Below, piece by piece: positions 9,257-19,716 of a stretch of 64,000 bases of DNA. Source of the DNA: an uncultured Gemmatimonadales bacterium (GTDB lineage Bacteria > Gemmatimonadota > Gemmatimonadetes > Longimicrobiales > RSA9); contig CAWCUS010000006.1 of NCBI GenBank assembly GCA_963798845.1, forward strand, positions 1,120,001-1,184,000. Direction: 5' to 3'. The number at the start of each line of letters is the position of its first letter. The first letter of the stretch is position 1. Below the pieces are notes generated by a model that made no database searches, was not told the origin of the DNA, and worked only from the letters and a program-made list of their open reading frames with translations. Position numbers and translations under genes: made by a program.

Positions 9257-9799
9257 GTGAGGAGTGGCAGCACGGGACAGAGCGAGCGTCGCGGAGGCGA
9301 GGAATTGGGCGGAGCGAAGGAGATCGTCGAGCGGACGGGGCTGAAGTTCGAGGCGGATGGGCTGCCTCGGATCGCGGGCCGGATCCTTGGATACCTGCTG
9401 CTGGCGCCGGAGCCGAAGTCGCTGGACGCGCTTGCGGGCGAGCTGCTCGTGAGCAAGACGAGCGCGAGCACGAACGCGCGTCTGCTGGAGAGAGCGGGCG
9501 TGGTGGAGCGGGCGTCGCGGCCGGGGGATCGAAGGGACTACTACCGGATCACGGAGGACCTGCACGCGCGTCTGCTGGACGTGCGTCTGCGGCAGCTGCA
9601 GGACACGCGGGACCTGCTGGCGGACGCGCTGGAGGTGGTTTCGGGGGACGACCCGGTGGTGGAGGCGCGGCTGCGCACGTGGGTAGCGTTCCACACGCAC
9701 ATGGTGGAAGCGGTGTCGGAGGCGTCGCGGGAGTGGCGAGAGAGGTACGCGAACGAGGACGCGCCGGGCCGGGGGGCGGCCGGGGGCGGAAAGGCATAG
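9257..9799 (+). CDS. GbsR/MarR-family transcriptional regulator
   Basis: GLPRIAGRILGYLL, VSKTSASTNARLL and PGDRRDYY winged-helix motifs. Confidence 0.85.
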   Translation: MRSGSTGQSERRGGEELGGAKEIVERTGLKFEADGLPRIAGRILGYLLLAPEPKSLDALAGELLVSKTSASTNARLLERAGVVERASRPGDRRDYYRITEDLHARLLDVRLRQLQDTRDLLADALEVVSGDDPVVEARLRTWVAFHTHMVEAVSEASREWRERYANEDAPGRGAAGGGKA

Positions 9800-9804
9800 A
9801 GGCA

Positions 9805-11301
9805 ATGGCAAGGAAGTGGGTGTGGGTGGCCCTGGCGCTGCTGGGCGTTTCCGGCCCGGTGGCGGCGCAGGAGGCGGCGGCAGGGTCGTCGCCGGATACG
9901 GCACAGGGGGCGGTGGCGCTGAGCGTGGCCGAGGCGGTGTCTCTGGCGCTGGACCGCAGCGAAGAGGTGGGGGTGGCGCGGGCGCGGCTCACGGGCGCCC
10001 AGGCGCAGGCGCGGAAGTCGTGGGCGGCGGCGCTGCCGCAGGTGAGCGCGCAGCTCGGCTACACGAAGACGCTGCGCTCGGTGTTCCAGAACGTAGGCGG
10101 GGGCTTCACGCTGCCGGACAGCCTCAAGTTCGACCCGAACCCCAACGCGCCGCTGGAGCAGCGGGTCAGCTACCTGGAGGACAAGGTCCCATCGGCTGCG
10201 TTCGGCGCGCTGGGCCAGCTCTTCAGCGGACTCCCGTTCGGGAACGAGAACACGTGGCTGGCGGGGCTGAGCTTCTCGCAGCCGCTGTTCACGGGGGGGC
10301 GGGTGCGCTCGGAGATCCAGCTGGCGCACTACAACGAGGACGCGGCGGAGGCGACGTACGAGGAGGCTGCCGGGGACATCGTGCTGCAGGTCAAGCAGGC
10401 GTACTACGACGCTGCCCTGGCGCGTTCGGCGGTGGAGATCGTGGAATCGAGCGTGAAGCTGGCGCAGGAGCACCGGAACGACGTGCAGCTGCGCTACGAG
10501 GCTGGTCGGGAATCGGAACTGGACGTGATGCGGGCCGAGGTGGAGCTGCAGAACCTGCGGCCGCAGCTGGTGCAGGCGAAGAACGCGGTGGAGCTGTCCA
10601 CCCTGAACCTGAAGCGGCTGGTCAACATCCCGCTGGACGCGGACATCGCGCTCACCACGTCGATCGTCCCGTCCGGGGGCGCCGAGGCGTTCGACTCGGG
10701 GCTTCCGGGGCTGGACGCGGCTGCGGAGCAGCTGAAGCAGAGGGCGTCGGTGCGGGCCGGGGAGGCGCAGGTCGCGATCCGAGAGGAGCAGGTGGACATG
10801 GCGCGCGCGGCGTACTTCCCCACTGTATCTCTGACGGGGAACCTGTCGCGGCAGGCGTACCCGACCACGCTGCGGTTCCCGAGCGGGGGCGACTGGCGGG
10901 ACGACTGGACGGTGGGCTTTTCGATCCAGTGGCCGGTGTTCGCGGCGCTCCGGGACGCGCAGGTGGATGCGGCGAAGGCGCAGGCGAAGGAAGCGGAGCT
11001 GCAGCAGAAGCAGCTGGTCGAAGGCGTGCAGGTGCAGTACCAGCAGGCGCTCGGCGAGCTGGAGCGGTCGCGTGCGCAGATCGAAGCCGCGCGACGCACG
11101 GTGGCGCAGGCGGAGAAGGTGTACGAGCTGACGGAGATGCGGTTCCGCGAGGGGCTGGCGACGCAGCTGGAGGTCTCCCAGGCGCGGCTGTCGCTGCAGC
11201 AGGCGCGCCTGAACGACGTGCAGGCGTATCACGATGCCTATGTGGCCCTGGCCCAGGCGCAGCGGGCGCTGGGCACGGGCGTGGAGCTGGTGGAGCGATG
11301 A
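9805..11301 (+). CDS. TolC-family outer membrane efflux protein
   Basis: Signal peptide and OEP repeats (FSQPLFTGG, VKQAYYD); first structural gene of the RND operon. Confidence 0.9.
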   Translation: MARKWVWVALALLGVSGPVAAQEAAAGSSPDTAQGAVALSVAEAVSLALDRSEEVGVARARLTGAQAQARKSWAAALPQVSAQLGYTKTLRSVFQNVGGGFTLPDSLKFDPNPNAPLEQRVSYLEDKVPSAAFGALGQLFSGLPFGNENTWLAGLSFSQPLFTGGRVRSEIQLAHYNEDAAEATYEEAAGDIVLQVKQAYYDAALARSAVEIVESSVKLAQEHRNDVQLRYEAGRESELDVMRAEVELQNLRPQLVQAKNAVELSTLNLKRLVNIPLDADIALTTSIVPSGGAEAFDSGLPGLDAAAEQLKQRASVRAGEAQVAIREEQVDMARAAYFPTVSLTGNLSRQAYPTTLRFPSGGDWRDDWTVGFSIQWPVFAALRDAQVDAAKAQAKEAELQQKQLVEGVQVQYQQALGELERSRAQIEAARRTVAQAEKVYELTEMRFREGLATQLEVSQARLSLQQARLNDVQAYHDAYVALAQAQRALGTGVELVER

Positions 11302-12473
11302 CCGGACGGGGCGATCACGGACTGGGACGTGAGATGAAGCGAGCGATGAGGGTGAAGATCCACGCCGGCGTGGCGCTGGCCGCGCTCCTGTCAGGGGCGG
11401 CAGCGTGCGGCGGGAACCGGGGCGCGGAGGCGGAGGGCGGCGGCCAGGAGACGGTCGTGGCGTTGTCGGCGGAGGACGTGGCGACCGTACGGACGGACAC
11501 GTTTCAGACCGGCGTGGTGGTCAGCGGCACGCTGGAGCCATACCGGGACGTGGAAGTGCGGGCGCAGGTGCCCGGCACGGTGATGGACCTGCGGGTGGAT
11601 CGCGGAGACGCGGTGCGTGCGGGCCAGCCTCTGGCGCGTATCGAGGCGGCGGGGATCCGGGGCGCGGCCGCGAGTGCGAGGGCCGGCGTGGCTTCGGCGG
11701 AGGCGCAGGTGGCGCTGGCGCGTCGCCAGCTCGATTCCTCGCAGAAGCTGCACGACGCCGGGGCGCTCTCGGATCTGGAGTACCAGCAGGCGCAGGCGGC
11801 GTTCGAGGCGGCGCAGGCCCAGCTGGCGGCGGCGAAGGCGCAGGCAGCGGGCGCGAACGAGTCCGCCCGCCGCGCCACGGTGACGGCGCCGATCTCCGGC
11901 GAGGTGAGCGAGCGCACGGTGAACGAGGGCGAGGCCGTGAACCCCGGCCAGGCCTTGCTGAGCATCGTGGACGCGACGCAGCTGGAGCTGGCCGGGCAGG
12001 TGGGGGTGGACGAGGCGCTGGAGATCCACCCCGGGATGACCGTGGTCTTCCAGGTGGCGGCGTTCCCAGGGCGCACCTTCGAGGGGAAGGTGGCGCGGGT
12101 CGAGCCGACGGCCGACCGTACCACGCGACAGGTGGGGGTGTACGCGCGGCTGCCCAACGAGAGCCGCAGCCTGGTGGGCGGTGTGTACGCCACGGGACGG
12201 ATCCTGACGGGCGGCAGCGAGCTGGCGGCGGTGGTTCCCACGGGCGCGGTGCGCGGTGAGGGAGCCGAGCAGTACGTGTACGTGATTCGCGATGGCGTAG
12301 CGGTGCGCCAGCCCGTGGTGGTGGGCGGCACGGACGTCGCGGCCGGCACCACGGAGATCACCCAGGGGCTGCAGGATGGTGAGACTGTGATCGTGAGCCC
12401 GGGCGAGATCCGGGATGGAGAGGCGGTGCGGATCGGCGAGGCGAAGCCGCCGGTGGCCGAGGAGGAGCAGTAG
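11298..12473 (+). CDS. RND efflux periplasmic adaptor (MFP)
   Basis: Lipoprotein-like N-terminus, lipoyl half-motifs (VRAQVPGTV, VTAPISGEV) and a coiled hairpin; ATGA overlap with TolC. Confidence 0.9.
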   Translation: MTGRGDHGLGREMKRAMRVKIHAGVALAALLSGAAACGGNRGAEAEGGGQETVVALSAEDVATVRTDTFQTGVVVSGTLEPYRDVEVRAQVPGTVMDLRVDRGDAVRAGQPLARIEAAGIRGAAASARAGVASAEAQVALARRQLDSSQKLHDAGALSDLEYQQAQAAFEAAQAQLAAAKAQAAGANESARRATVTAPISGEVSERTVNEGEAVNPGQALLSIVDATQLELAGQVGVDEALEIHPGMTVVFQVAAFPGRTFEGKVARVEPTADRTTRQVGVYARLPNESRSLVGGVYATGRILTGGSELAAVVPTGAVRGEGAEQYVYVIRDGVAVRQPVVVGGTDVAAGTTEITQGLQDGETVIVSPGEIRDGEAVRIGEAKPPVAEEEQ

Positions 12474-12474
12474 C

Positions 12475-15400
12475 ATGGCGCACGAGTCGCGGAAATCGCC
12501 GGAAGCGGGGGCCCAGCGCGGGGAGGCGCGGAGCTCGGGCGGTGGCGGTCTGAGCGGGATCGCCATCCGGCGACCGGTATTCACCAGCATGATGGTGTTG
12601 GGGCTGGTGGTGCTCGGGATCTTCAGCTTCCGGAAGCTGGCGATCGACCAGTTCCCGAACATCGACATCCCGATCGTCGTGGTGCAATCCGTCTACCCGG
12701 GCGCGAGCCCGGAGGCGGTGGAACGGGAGGTGACGCGGCGGCTGGAGGAAGCGTTCAACCCGGTTCAGGGGGTGGACCGGATCACGTCCGTGTCGCTGGA
12801 GGGCGTGAGCCAGATCATCATCGAGTTCGACCTGGACCGGAAGGCGGAGCAGGCGGCGCAGGACGTCCGCGCGAAGATCGACGGCGTGCGGAGGTCGCTC
12901 CCGACGGAGCTGGAGCCGCCGGTGGTGCAGACGTTCGACCCCTCGGCCCAGCCGATCCTGTCGCTGGCGCTGTCGTCGAGCCGGCTGAGCGCGGCGGAGC
13001 TGACCCGGCTGGCGGACGAGGACATGCGCCGGCGCCTGGAAGCCGTCTCGGGCGTGGGGCAGGTGCAGATCGCGGGTGGGCTCGCCCGTGAGATCCGCAT
13101 CAACCTGAACAGCGAGGCGATGCAGTCGCTGGGCGTCTCCGCCAACGAGGTCATGGGCGCCCTCCAGCGCCAGAACGTGGAAGTGCCGGCGGGGCGCCTG
13201 GAACGCGGAACGCGCGAGCAGCTCGTCCGGGTCACGGGCCGGATCACGGATCCCGCGCAGTTCGCCGACATCATCCTGGCCACGCGGCAGGGGCAGCCGG
13301 TGCGCCTCGGCCAGGTGGCGACCGTGCGGGACGCCACCGAGGAGGAGCGCTCGCTGGCGTTCGTGAACGGCGAACGCGCCGTCGCCCTCGACATCCTCAA
13401 GGTCTCGGGGGCCAACACGGTGCGCGTCGCCGAGGACGTGAAGGCGGAGCTCGAGCGGATGAAGCCGACGCTCCCGGCCAACACGCGGGTGCGGATCGTC
13501 CGGGACAATTCCGAGTCGATCCGGGCCATGGTGAACGACGTCATCCACGAGCTGCTGCTGGGGGCGCTGCTCACCGTTCTCGTGGTCATGCTCTTCCTGA
13601 ACGACTGGAAGGCGACGGCCATCACGTCGCTCGCGCTCCCGGTCTCGGTCATCTCCGCCTTCATCCTGATGAACGCGCTCGGCTTCACGCTCAACATGAT
13701 CACCCTCATGGCGCTGTCGCTCTCGATCGGGATCCTGATCGATGACGCCATCGTGGTGATCGAGAACATCGTGCGGCACCGCGAGCTGGGGGAGAACCAT
13801 TTCAACGCGGCGAAGTGGGGGACGAAGGAGATCTTCCTGGCGGTGATGGCCACCACGCTGACCATCGTGGCCGTGTTCGTCCCGGTGGCGTTCATGGGCG
13901 GGATCGTGGGCCGCTTCTTCTACCAGTTCGGACTCACGGTCACGTTCGCGGTGCTGGTCTCGCTCTTCGTCTCCTTCACGCTGACGCCCATGCTGTCGGC
14001 GTGGTGGGGCGTCGAACCGCACCAGGAGGCGAAGGGGGTCTGGCGTGTGGTGACCCGGCCCGTCGTCGTCTTCAACGCCTGGTTCGATCGCCAGGCGGAC
14101 CGCTACCGCGGCGTCATCGGCTGGGCGCTCCGGCACCGCTACGCCACCGTGGGGATCGCGACGGCCGCATTCATCGGCTCGTTCATGCTGTTCCCGTTCA
14201 TTGGCGGCGGCTTCATGCCGGATTCCGACAACAGCGAGTTCGCCGTCACGTTCGAGACGCCCGAGGGGTCGTCCATCGACTACACGCGGCGGAAATCCGA
14301 GCAGCTGAGCGAGCTGCTCCGCTCGATCGACGGGGTGGACTACACCTACACCACCGTGGGGAGCGGAGCCACCGGCACCGTCACCTCGGGGCAGGTCTAC
14401 GTGGCGCTGAAGCCGCGCTCGGAGCGCGACCGCTCACAGGACGAGCTCATGGTCGCGGCCCGCGAGGGGATGGCGGGGCTCTACGGCATGAAGACGGCGG
14501 TGGTCGACGCCGGTGGCATGGGCGGCGCGCAGCAGCCGATCCAGGTGAACGTGCGGGGCCCCGCGGTCGCCATGCTCCAGCAGCTGTCGGACAGCCTGGC
14601 CGGGCGCATGGAGCAGATCCCGGGCGTGGTGGACGTGCAGACGTCCATGGGCGAGCCGCGACCGGAGTTCAGGGTGGACGTGAACCGGGACGTCGCGAAC
14701 AAGCTCGAGCTCGACGTGGGCCAGGTGTCTGCCACCGTGCGGCCGCTGCTCGCCGGCCAGACGGCCACGACGTGGGAAGATCCAAGCGGTGAGCTGCGGG
14801 ACGTGGTCGTCCAGGTGGCGCCGTCCGAGCGGGCGTCGCTCGAGGACCTGCTCACGCTCCCCATCGCGACATCGGTGCACCAGGATGGCGGCTCGTCGGT
14901 GACCGTGCCGCTGGGGCAGGTCGCCACGATCCGTCGCGGGACGGCTCCGGCCGAGATCGACCGACAGGACCTGCAGCGCGTGGCCACGGTCTCGGCCGGC
15001 GTGGCGCCGGACCTGTCCGTGGCCGAGGCGTCCTCGGCGATCCGGCAGGCCATTTCCGGGATGGACCTGCCGCCGGGCTACTCCGCGCAGTTCGGCGGCG
15101 AGACGGAAGCGCTCCAGGAGACGGTCGGGTACGTGATCGAGGCGCTCGTCCTCGCCATCATCCTCATCTTCCTGATCCTGGCGAGCCAGTTCGAGAGCTA
15201 CACGCAGCCGCTCGCCATCATGGTCAGCCTGCCGCTCTCGCTCATCGGCGTGCTGCTGGCGCTCCTGATCACGAACAGCACCCTGAACATGATGTCCATG
15301 ATCGGCGTGATCATGCTCATGGGCCTCGTGACCAAGAACGCCATCCTCCTGGTGGACAACGCGAACGAGCGACGCACGCTGGGCAGGGACAGGCGCACCG

Positions 15401-15729
15401 CGCTCATCGAGGCCGGCCGCGTCCGGCTCCGACCGATCATGATGACCACCGCGGCCATGATCTTCGGGATGCTCCCCATCGCGCTGGGAATCGGCGAAGG
15501 CGGCGGCTTCCGCGCGCCCATGGCGCGGGCAGTGATCGGCGGGCTGATCACGTCCACCATGCTCACGCTCGTCGTCGTACCCGTGGCCTACACGTTCATG
15601 GACGACTTCGGCACATGGATGAAGCACCGCTTCGTCACCGCGGAGAAGGAGCACGCCATCCAGGAGGAGCTGGAGCAGTCGGGGCTCAGGCCCGAGCCCG
15701 TGTGGGGTGAGACGGGCGCCACGGCCTGA
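12475..15729 (+). CDS. RND efflux permease (AcrB/AcrD/AcrF family)
   Basis: AIRRPV, YPGASPE, GILIDDAIVVIEN, KNAILLVD and RLRPIMMT motifs. Confidence 0.95.
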   Translation: MAHESRKSPEAGAQRGEARSSGGGGLSGIAIRRPVFTSMMVLGLVVLGIFSFRKLAIDQFPNIDIPIVVVQSVYPGASPEAVEREVTRRLEEAFNPVQGVDRITSVSLEGVSQIIIEFDLDRKAEQAAQDVRAKIDGVRRSLPTELEPPVVQTFDPSAQPILSLALSSSRLSAAELTRLADEDMRRRLEAVSGVGQVQIAGGLAREIRINLNSEAMQSLGVSANEVMGALQRQNVEVPAGRLERGTREQLVRVTGRITDPAQFADIILATRQGQPVRLGQVATVRDATEEERSLAFVNGERAVALDILKVSGANTVRVAEDVKAELERMKPTLPANTRVRIVRDNSESIRAMVNDVIHELLLGALLTVLVVMLFLNDWKATAITSLALPVSVISAFILMNALGFTLNMITLMALSLSIGILIDDAIVVIENIVRHRELGENHFNAAKWGTKEIFLAVMATTLTIVAVFVPVAFMGGIVGRFFYQFGLTVTFAVLVSLFVSFTLTPMLSAWWGVEPHQEAKGVWRVVTRPVVVFNAWFDRQADRYRGVIGWALRHRYATVGIATAAFIGSFMLFPFIGGGFMPDSDNSEFAVTFETPEGSSIDYTRRKSEQLSELLRSIDGVDYTYTTVGSGATGTVTSGQVYVALKPRSERDRSQDELMVAAREGMAGLYGMKTAVVDAGGMGGAQQPIQVNVRGPAVAMLQQLSDSLAGRMEQIPGVVDVQTSMGEPRPEFRVDVNRDVANKLELDVGQVSATVRPLLAGQTATTWEDPSGELRDVVVQVAPSERASLEDLLTLPIATSVHQDGGSSVTVPLGQVATIRRGTAPAEIDRQDLQRVATVSAGVAPDLSVAEASSAIRQAISGMDLPPGYSAQFGGETEALQETVGYVIEALVLAIILIFLILASQFESYTQPLAIMVSLPLSLIGVLLALLITNSTLNMMSMIGVIMLMGLVTKNAILLVDNANERRTLGRDRRTALIEAGRVRLRPIMMTTAAMIFGMLPIALGIGEGGGFRAPMARAVIGGLITSTMLTLVVVPVAYTFMDDFGTWMKHRFVTAEKEHAIQEELEQSGLRPEPVWGETGATA

Positions 15730-15801
15730 CCCGACGGAGCCGCGGAGGACGGCCGGCCGGCGGAGCGCGTCTCGGCTCCGGGTGACTGCCGCCTCCGCGG
15801 C

Positions 15802-17418
15802 TCATACGTTCGCGAGGATCTCCATCACCACGGTGCGCAGCCCGTCCAGGACGAACTGGACGCCCACCACCATCACGAGCAGCCCCATGAGACGGGTGAC
15901 GACGTTGATTCCCGTCTGGCCCAGGAGCCGGAAGAGGCCGGGACCGGCCAGCAGGACCACGAGGCTGACGACGAGCACGGCAGAGATCCCGGCATACACC
16001 AGCCCGACCTGAAGCGGGCTCGTGGTCTGGCCCATGAGGGCGATCACCGTGGTGATGGCGCCGGGACCCGCCAGTGTCGGGATCCCGAGCGGCACGACCG
16101 CGACTCCCGTGCGATCCGCGCTCTCGGCCTCCTCCTCTTCGGTCGTCTTCGAGCGCGACCGCCTGGCCTGCAGCATGTCCCAGCCGATGCCGAAGAAAAG
16201 GACGCCGCCCGCGATGCGGAAGGCGTACGTGGTGATCCCGAAGAAGCGCAGGATCGCGGTGCCGAACCCGGCGAAGATGAGCAGGATGGCGGCGGCGGTG
16301 ACGCAGGCGAAGATGGCAGTCCGTGCGCGCTGGCCCGCGGTCATCTCTTCCGTCAGACCGACGAAGATGGTGAGGGCGCCCAGGGGGTTGACCATGGCGA
16401 GGAGGGAGCCGAAGACGACCGTGGCGAAGGCGACGAGGGTGCCGTCGCCGGCCGGCACGCCACGCGCGGCACCGCCGGCTGGCTCGGGTCGCGCGGCGAC
16501 GACGGCGAGGCGGCGGCCGTCCGGGGAAACGGCGAGGCGTGTGAGCCCGCGCAGCCCGAAGCGGGCGAGGTCGCCTACCTGTCGCCAGCTGCGGGATTCC
16601 GGCTCGAGCTGGTAGATGCGGCTGCCGTGGGCAGTGACCACCGCGCCGTCCGGGGTCCAGGCGTGATACTCGTCCTCCCCGAGCAGCGGCGCCAGGGTCC
16701 GGGTCTCCCCGCTGTCGAGGTCCAGCTCGCGCAGCCACCATCGCCCCCCGAGCTGCTGCGTGAACGAGACGGCGTTCAGGCCTGGGACCGGCTGGAGCGA
16801 GCGCCCGATCCCTTCCGCCACCGTCCGCTCCAGCCCCGTGCCCAGGTCGGCGATGCGGAGCGTGGCGGGTTCCCCGAGGATGTAGAGCGCCACGCGCTCC
16901 GGGGTGACCCACGCGTGATAGCCGATGGAGTCGATGTGCTCCAGGAGCAGCTGCGGATCGCTCCCGTCCGCGGCGAAGGACCAGAGGCGCTGGACGGAAT
17001 CGGCGTCCACGCGCACGACGGAGAACCGGTCGCTGCCGGGGATCGGAGTGGGGGAGTATTCGGATTCACGCGTGCGGGTGAGCCGGAGTCCGGTGCCGGT
17101 GGCGAGATCGAACCTGTAGCTGTCCGCCTGGTCGTTGCGGATCGAGGTGTAGAGCAGGCCGCGTCCGTCCGGCGTGAACGCGGGCTGGTTGTCGTAGCCG
17201 GCGCGGTCGGTCACCGCGCGGGCGGACTGCACCAGCACGAGGCGGTCTCCGGACCGCTCCATCGCCAGGAGGTGGATGTCGCTCACGTCCTGGGCGAGGC
17301 AGGAACGGGGGGAGAGCGCCAGCGCCACGGCCGCTGCAAGCGCGATGGCGACGATGTCGGGCGGCGGGCGCATCATGCCGCGCCGCCCGGTCACGCGCTT
17401 CGGTCGGGATCGATTCAT
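15802..17418 (-). CDS. Fusion of a secreted TolB/PD40-like beta-propeller and a C-terminal MarC-family membrane domain
   Basis: N-terminal part: signal peptide, GYDNQPAFTPDG, SEYSPTP, LAVSPDG. C-terminal ~218 aa: MVNPLG, FRIAGGVLFF, VPLGIPTLAGPGAI, TRLMGLLV. Exact start uncertain. Confidence 0.75.
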   Translation of the reverse strand: MNRSRPKRVTGRRGMMRPPPDIVAIALAAAVALALSPRSCLAQDVSDIHLLAMERSGDRLVLVQSARAVTDRAGYDNQPAFTPDGRGLLYTSIRNDQADSYRFDLATGTGLRLTRTRESEYSPTPIPGSDRFSVVRVDADSVQRLWSFAADGSDPQLLLEHIDSIGYHAWVTPERVALYILGEPATLRIADLGTGLERTVAEGIGRSLQPVPGLNAVSFTQQLGGRWWLRELDLDSGETRTLAPLLGEDEYHAWTPDGAVVTAHGSRIYQLEPESRSWRQVGDLARFGLRGLTRLAVSPDGRRLAVVAARPEPAGGAARGVPAGDGTLVAFATVVFGSLLAMVNPLGALTIFVGLTEEMTAGQRARTAIFACVTAAAILLIFAGFGTAILRFFGITTYAFRIAGGVLFFGIGWDMLQARRSRSKTTEEEEAESADRTGVAVVPLGIPTLAGPGAITTVIALMGQTTSPLQVGLVYAGISAVLVVSLVVLLAGPGLFRLLGQTGINVVTRLMGLLVMVVGVQFVLDGLRTVVMEILANV

Positions 17419-17573
17419 CGGGTCGGGCGCTCCGGGCCTCGGGTCGCGGGACGTGATGCGCAGGATGCTACGGGCGGAGGACGCCGGCTGCCAGGGGCGG
17501 GAACGCGCTTGCCACGCCGGACCAATGGTTACAGACTTCGCGCCGTGAACAGCATCGACCAGGCCAGACGCCC

Positions 17574-18992
17574 GTGAGGACCAGAGTCCTGCCGAGCATC
17601 GCCGAATGGGAGGTCCGGGGCAAAGCGCGCCGCGGCATCTGGGAGCGGCTGACCCCGCCGCAGCTCTTCATTGCCTCCTTCGCGCTCCTCATCCTGGGCG
17701 GGACCGTGGGGCTGAAGGTGCTTCCGAACCTCTACACGGGCGAGCCGCTGTCGTGGCTCGACGCCCTCTTCACCTCCACGAGCGCCGTCTGCGTCACCGG
17801 TCTGATCGTGGTGGACACTGCCACCTACTTCACCTTCTGGGGCCAGCTCTGGATCCTCGTGCTCGTTCAGCTGGGCGGTCTCGGGATCATCACCTTCACC
17901 ACCTTCATCATTCTGGCCCTGGGGCGCCGGCTGTCGCTGCGCCACGAAGCGCTCGCGGGTGCGGAGATCGAGCTGGGGGAGGAGCTGGACCGAAAGCGCC
18001 TCGCGTACGACATCCTGCGCTTCGCTTTCGCGCTGGAAGCTGCGGGCGCACTGATCCTCTACGTCCTGTGGGTGCCGCACTTCGGAATCACGACGGCCGC
18101 CTGGCATGCCGTGTTCCAGTCCATCAGCGCGTTCTGCAATGCAGGCTTCTCGACCTTCTCCGACTCGCTCATGGGATTCCAGACATCGGCGATCGCGCTG
18201 CTCACCATCACGACGCTCATCGTGGCGGGCGGCATCGGATTCCTGGTCCTCGAAGAGCTGTACCTGCGGCGCAGATCGTGGCGTGACCCCCGCGGAATGC
18301 GCCTTTCCCTTCACACCCGCCTGGCCATCGTCACCACCGGCCTGCTGCTGGCGCTCGGCACTGCGCTGTACCTGATGTTCGAGTGGAACGGGGTGCTCTC
18401 CCACATGAACGTGGCCGACCGCGTCAGCAACGCGCTGTTCATGAGCGCCACCGCCCGCACGGCCGGGTTCAACAGCATCAACTACGCGGCCGCAGGCGAC
18501 GACACGAACTTCCTCACCATCCTCCTCATGTCCATCGGCGGGTCCCCCGGCTCCACCGCGGGCGGAATCAAGACGACGACGTTCGCGCTGATCGGGCTGC
18601 TGGCGTTCGCTCGCCTGCGCGGCGACCAGATGGTCTCCATCTGGGGCCGGTCGGTGCCGGAGGAAACGATCCAGCGGGCCGTGGGGCTGTTCGTGCTCGC
18701 GTTCGCGGTGGTGACGTTCGCCATCTTCGGCTACGCCCACACGGAGCTGCGCGGCGCGGCCCACGGCGGCGGGCCATTCCTCGCCCATATGTTCGAGGCG
18801 GTGAGCGCGTTCAACACCGTCGGTCTCTCGCTCGGCGCGACGCCGCACCTTTCCTCCAGTGGACGGTTCCTCACCGTCCTTCTCATGTTCGTCGGACGCG
18901 TCGGACCGCTGGTCTTCGCCGCCGCCCTGGCGCGGCGGGCGAGCCGGGGCGCTCGCGTCCGCTTCTCCTACGAAGACGTGGTGATCGGATGA
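17574..18992 (+). CDS. Trk/Ktr potassium uptake membrane subunit (TrkH/KtrB)
   Basis: Four pore motifs SAVCVTGL, SAFCNAGF, TARTAGF and SAFNTVGL; GGSPGSTAGGIK. Confidence 0.93.
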   Translation: MRTRVLPSIAEWEVRGKARRGIWERLTPPQLFIASFALLILGGTVGLKVLPNLYTGEPLSWLDALFTSTSAVCVTGLIVVDTATYFTFWGQLWILVLVQLGGLGIITFTTFIILALGRRLSLRHEALAGAEIELGEELDRKRLAYDILRFAFALEAAGALILYVLWVPHFGITTAAWHAVFQSISAFCNAGFSTFSDSLMGFQTSAIALLTITTLIVAGGIGFLVLEELYLRRRSWRDPRGMRLSLHTRLAIVTTGLLLALGTALYLMFEWNGVLSHMNVADRVSNALFMSATARTAGFNSINYAAAGDDTNFLTILLMSIGGSPGSTAGGIKTTTFALIGLLAFARLRGDQMVSIWGRSVPEETIQRAVGLFVLAFAVVTFAIFGYAHTELRGAAHGGGPFLAHMFEAVSAFNTVGLSLGATPHLSSSGRFLTVLLMFVGRVGPLVFAAALARRASRGARVRFSYEDVVIG

Positions 18993-19663
18993 GCACCCGC
19001 AGACGAAAGCGATTCGTGGTGATCGGGCTCGGGAACTTCGGGTCCGGCGTGGCGGAGTCGCTCCACGCCAAGGGCCACGACGTGGTGGCCATCGACCTGG
19101 ACGAGGATGCCGTCGATCGCATCGGCGCGCAGGTCTCCCGCGCCGTGGTGGGCGATGCGCGCCAGCGGGCGGTGCTGGAGCGGGTCGGCGCCGACGATGC
19201 CGACGCCGCGGTCGTTTCGACCGGACACGATCTGGCCTCGTCCGTGCTCGCCATCATGGCGCTGCGCGACGTGGGCGTGCGCGAGATCTACGCGAAGGTC
19301 ATCTCCCGCGACCATGCCCGCATCATGGACCAGCTCGGCGTGACGGAGACCATCTTCCCGGAGCGCGAGTCGGCGATCCGCCTGGCCGAGCGGATCGTCA
19401 GTACCGAGATCCTGAACTACATCCGGCTCGGCCGTGACTTCTCGCTCCAGGAGCTGGCCGTGCCGGAGCGCTGGATCGGCAAGTCGCTGCGCCAGCTGGA
19501 GCTGCCGCGGCGGCACAGGATCAGCGTGCTGGCCGTCCACGACGTCCTCAACGACGTCATCACACCGGTCCCCGATCCCGACGCTCCGCTGAAGGAGTCG
19601 GACACGATCCTGGTGGCGGGGGCGGACGAGGACCTGGCCCGCGTGGCGGAGCGGGTGGAGTAG
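18989..19663 (+). CDS. Trk/Ktr NAD-binding RCK subunit (TrkA/KtrA)
   Basis: VIGLGNFG Rossmann motif, IFPERE and a TrkA-C domain; ATGA overlap. Confidence 0.92.
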   Translation: MSTRRRKRFVVIGLGNFGSGVAESLHAKGHDVVAIDLDEDAVDRIGAQVSRAVVGDARQRAVLERVGADDADAAVVSTGHDLASSVLAIMALRDVGVREIYAKVISRDHARIMDQLGVTETIFPERESAIRLAERIVSTEILNYIRLGRDFSLQELAVPERWIGKSLRQLELPRRHRISVLAVHDVLNDVITPVPDPDAPLKESDTILVAGADEDLARVAERVE

Positions 19664-19716
19664 CGGAGCGGGAGCGAACGCGGCCGTTCCGCGCGGGTGG
19701 AGCGAGGAGCGCGAAA

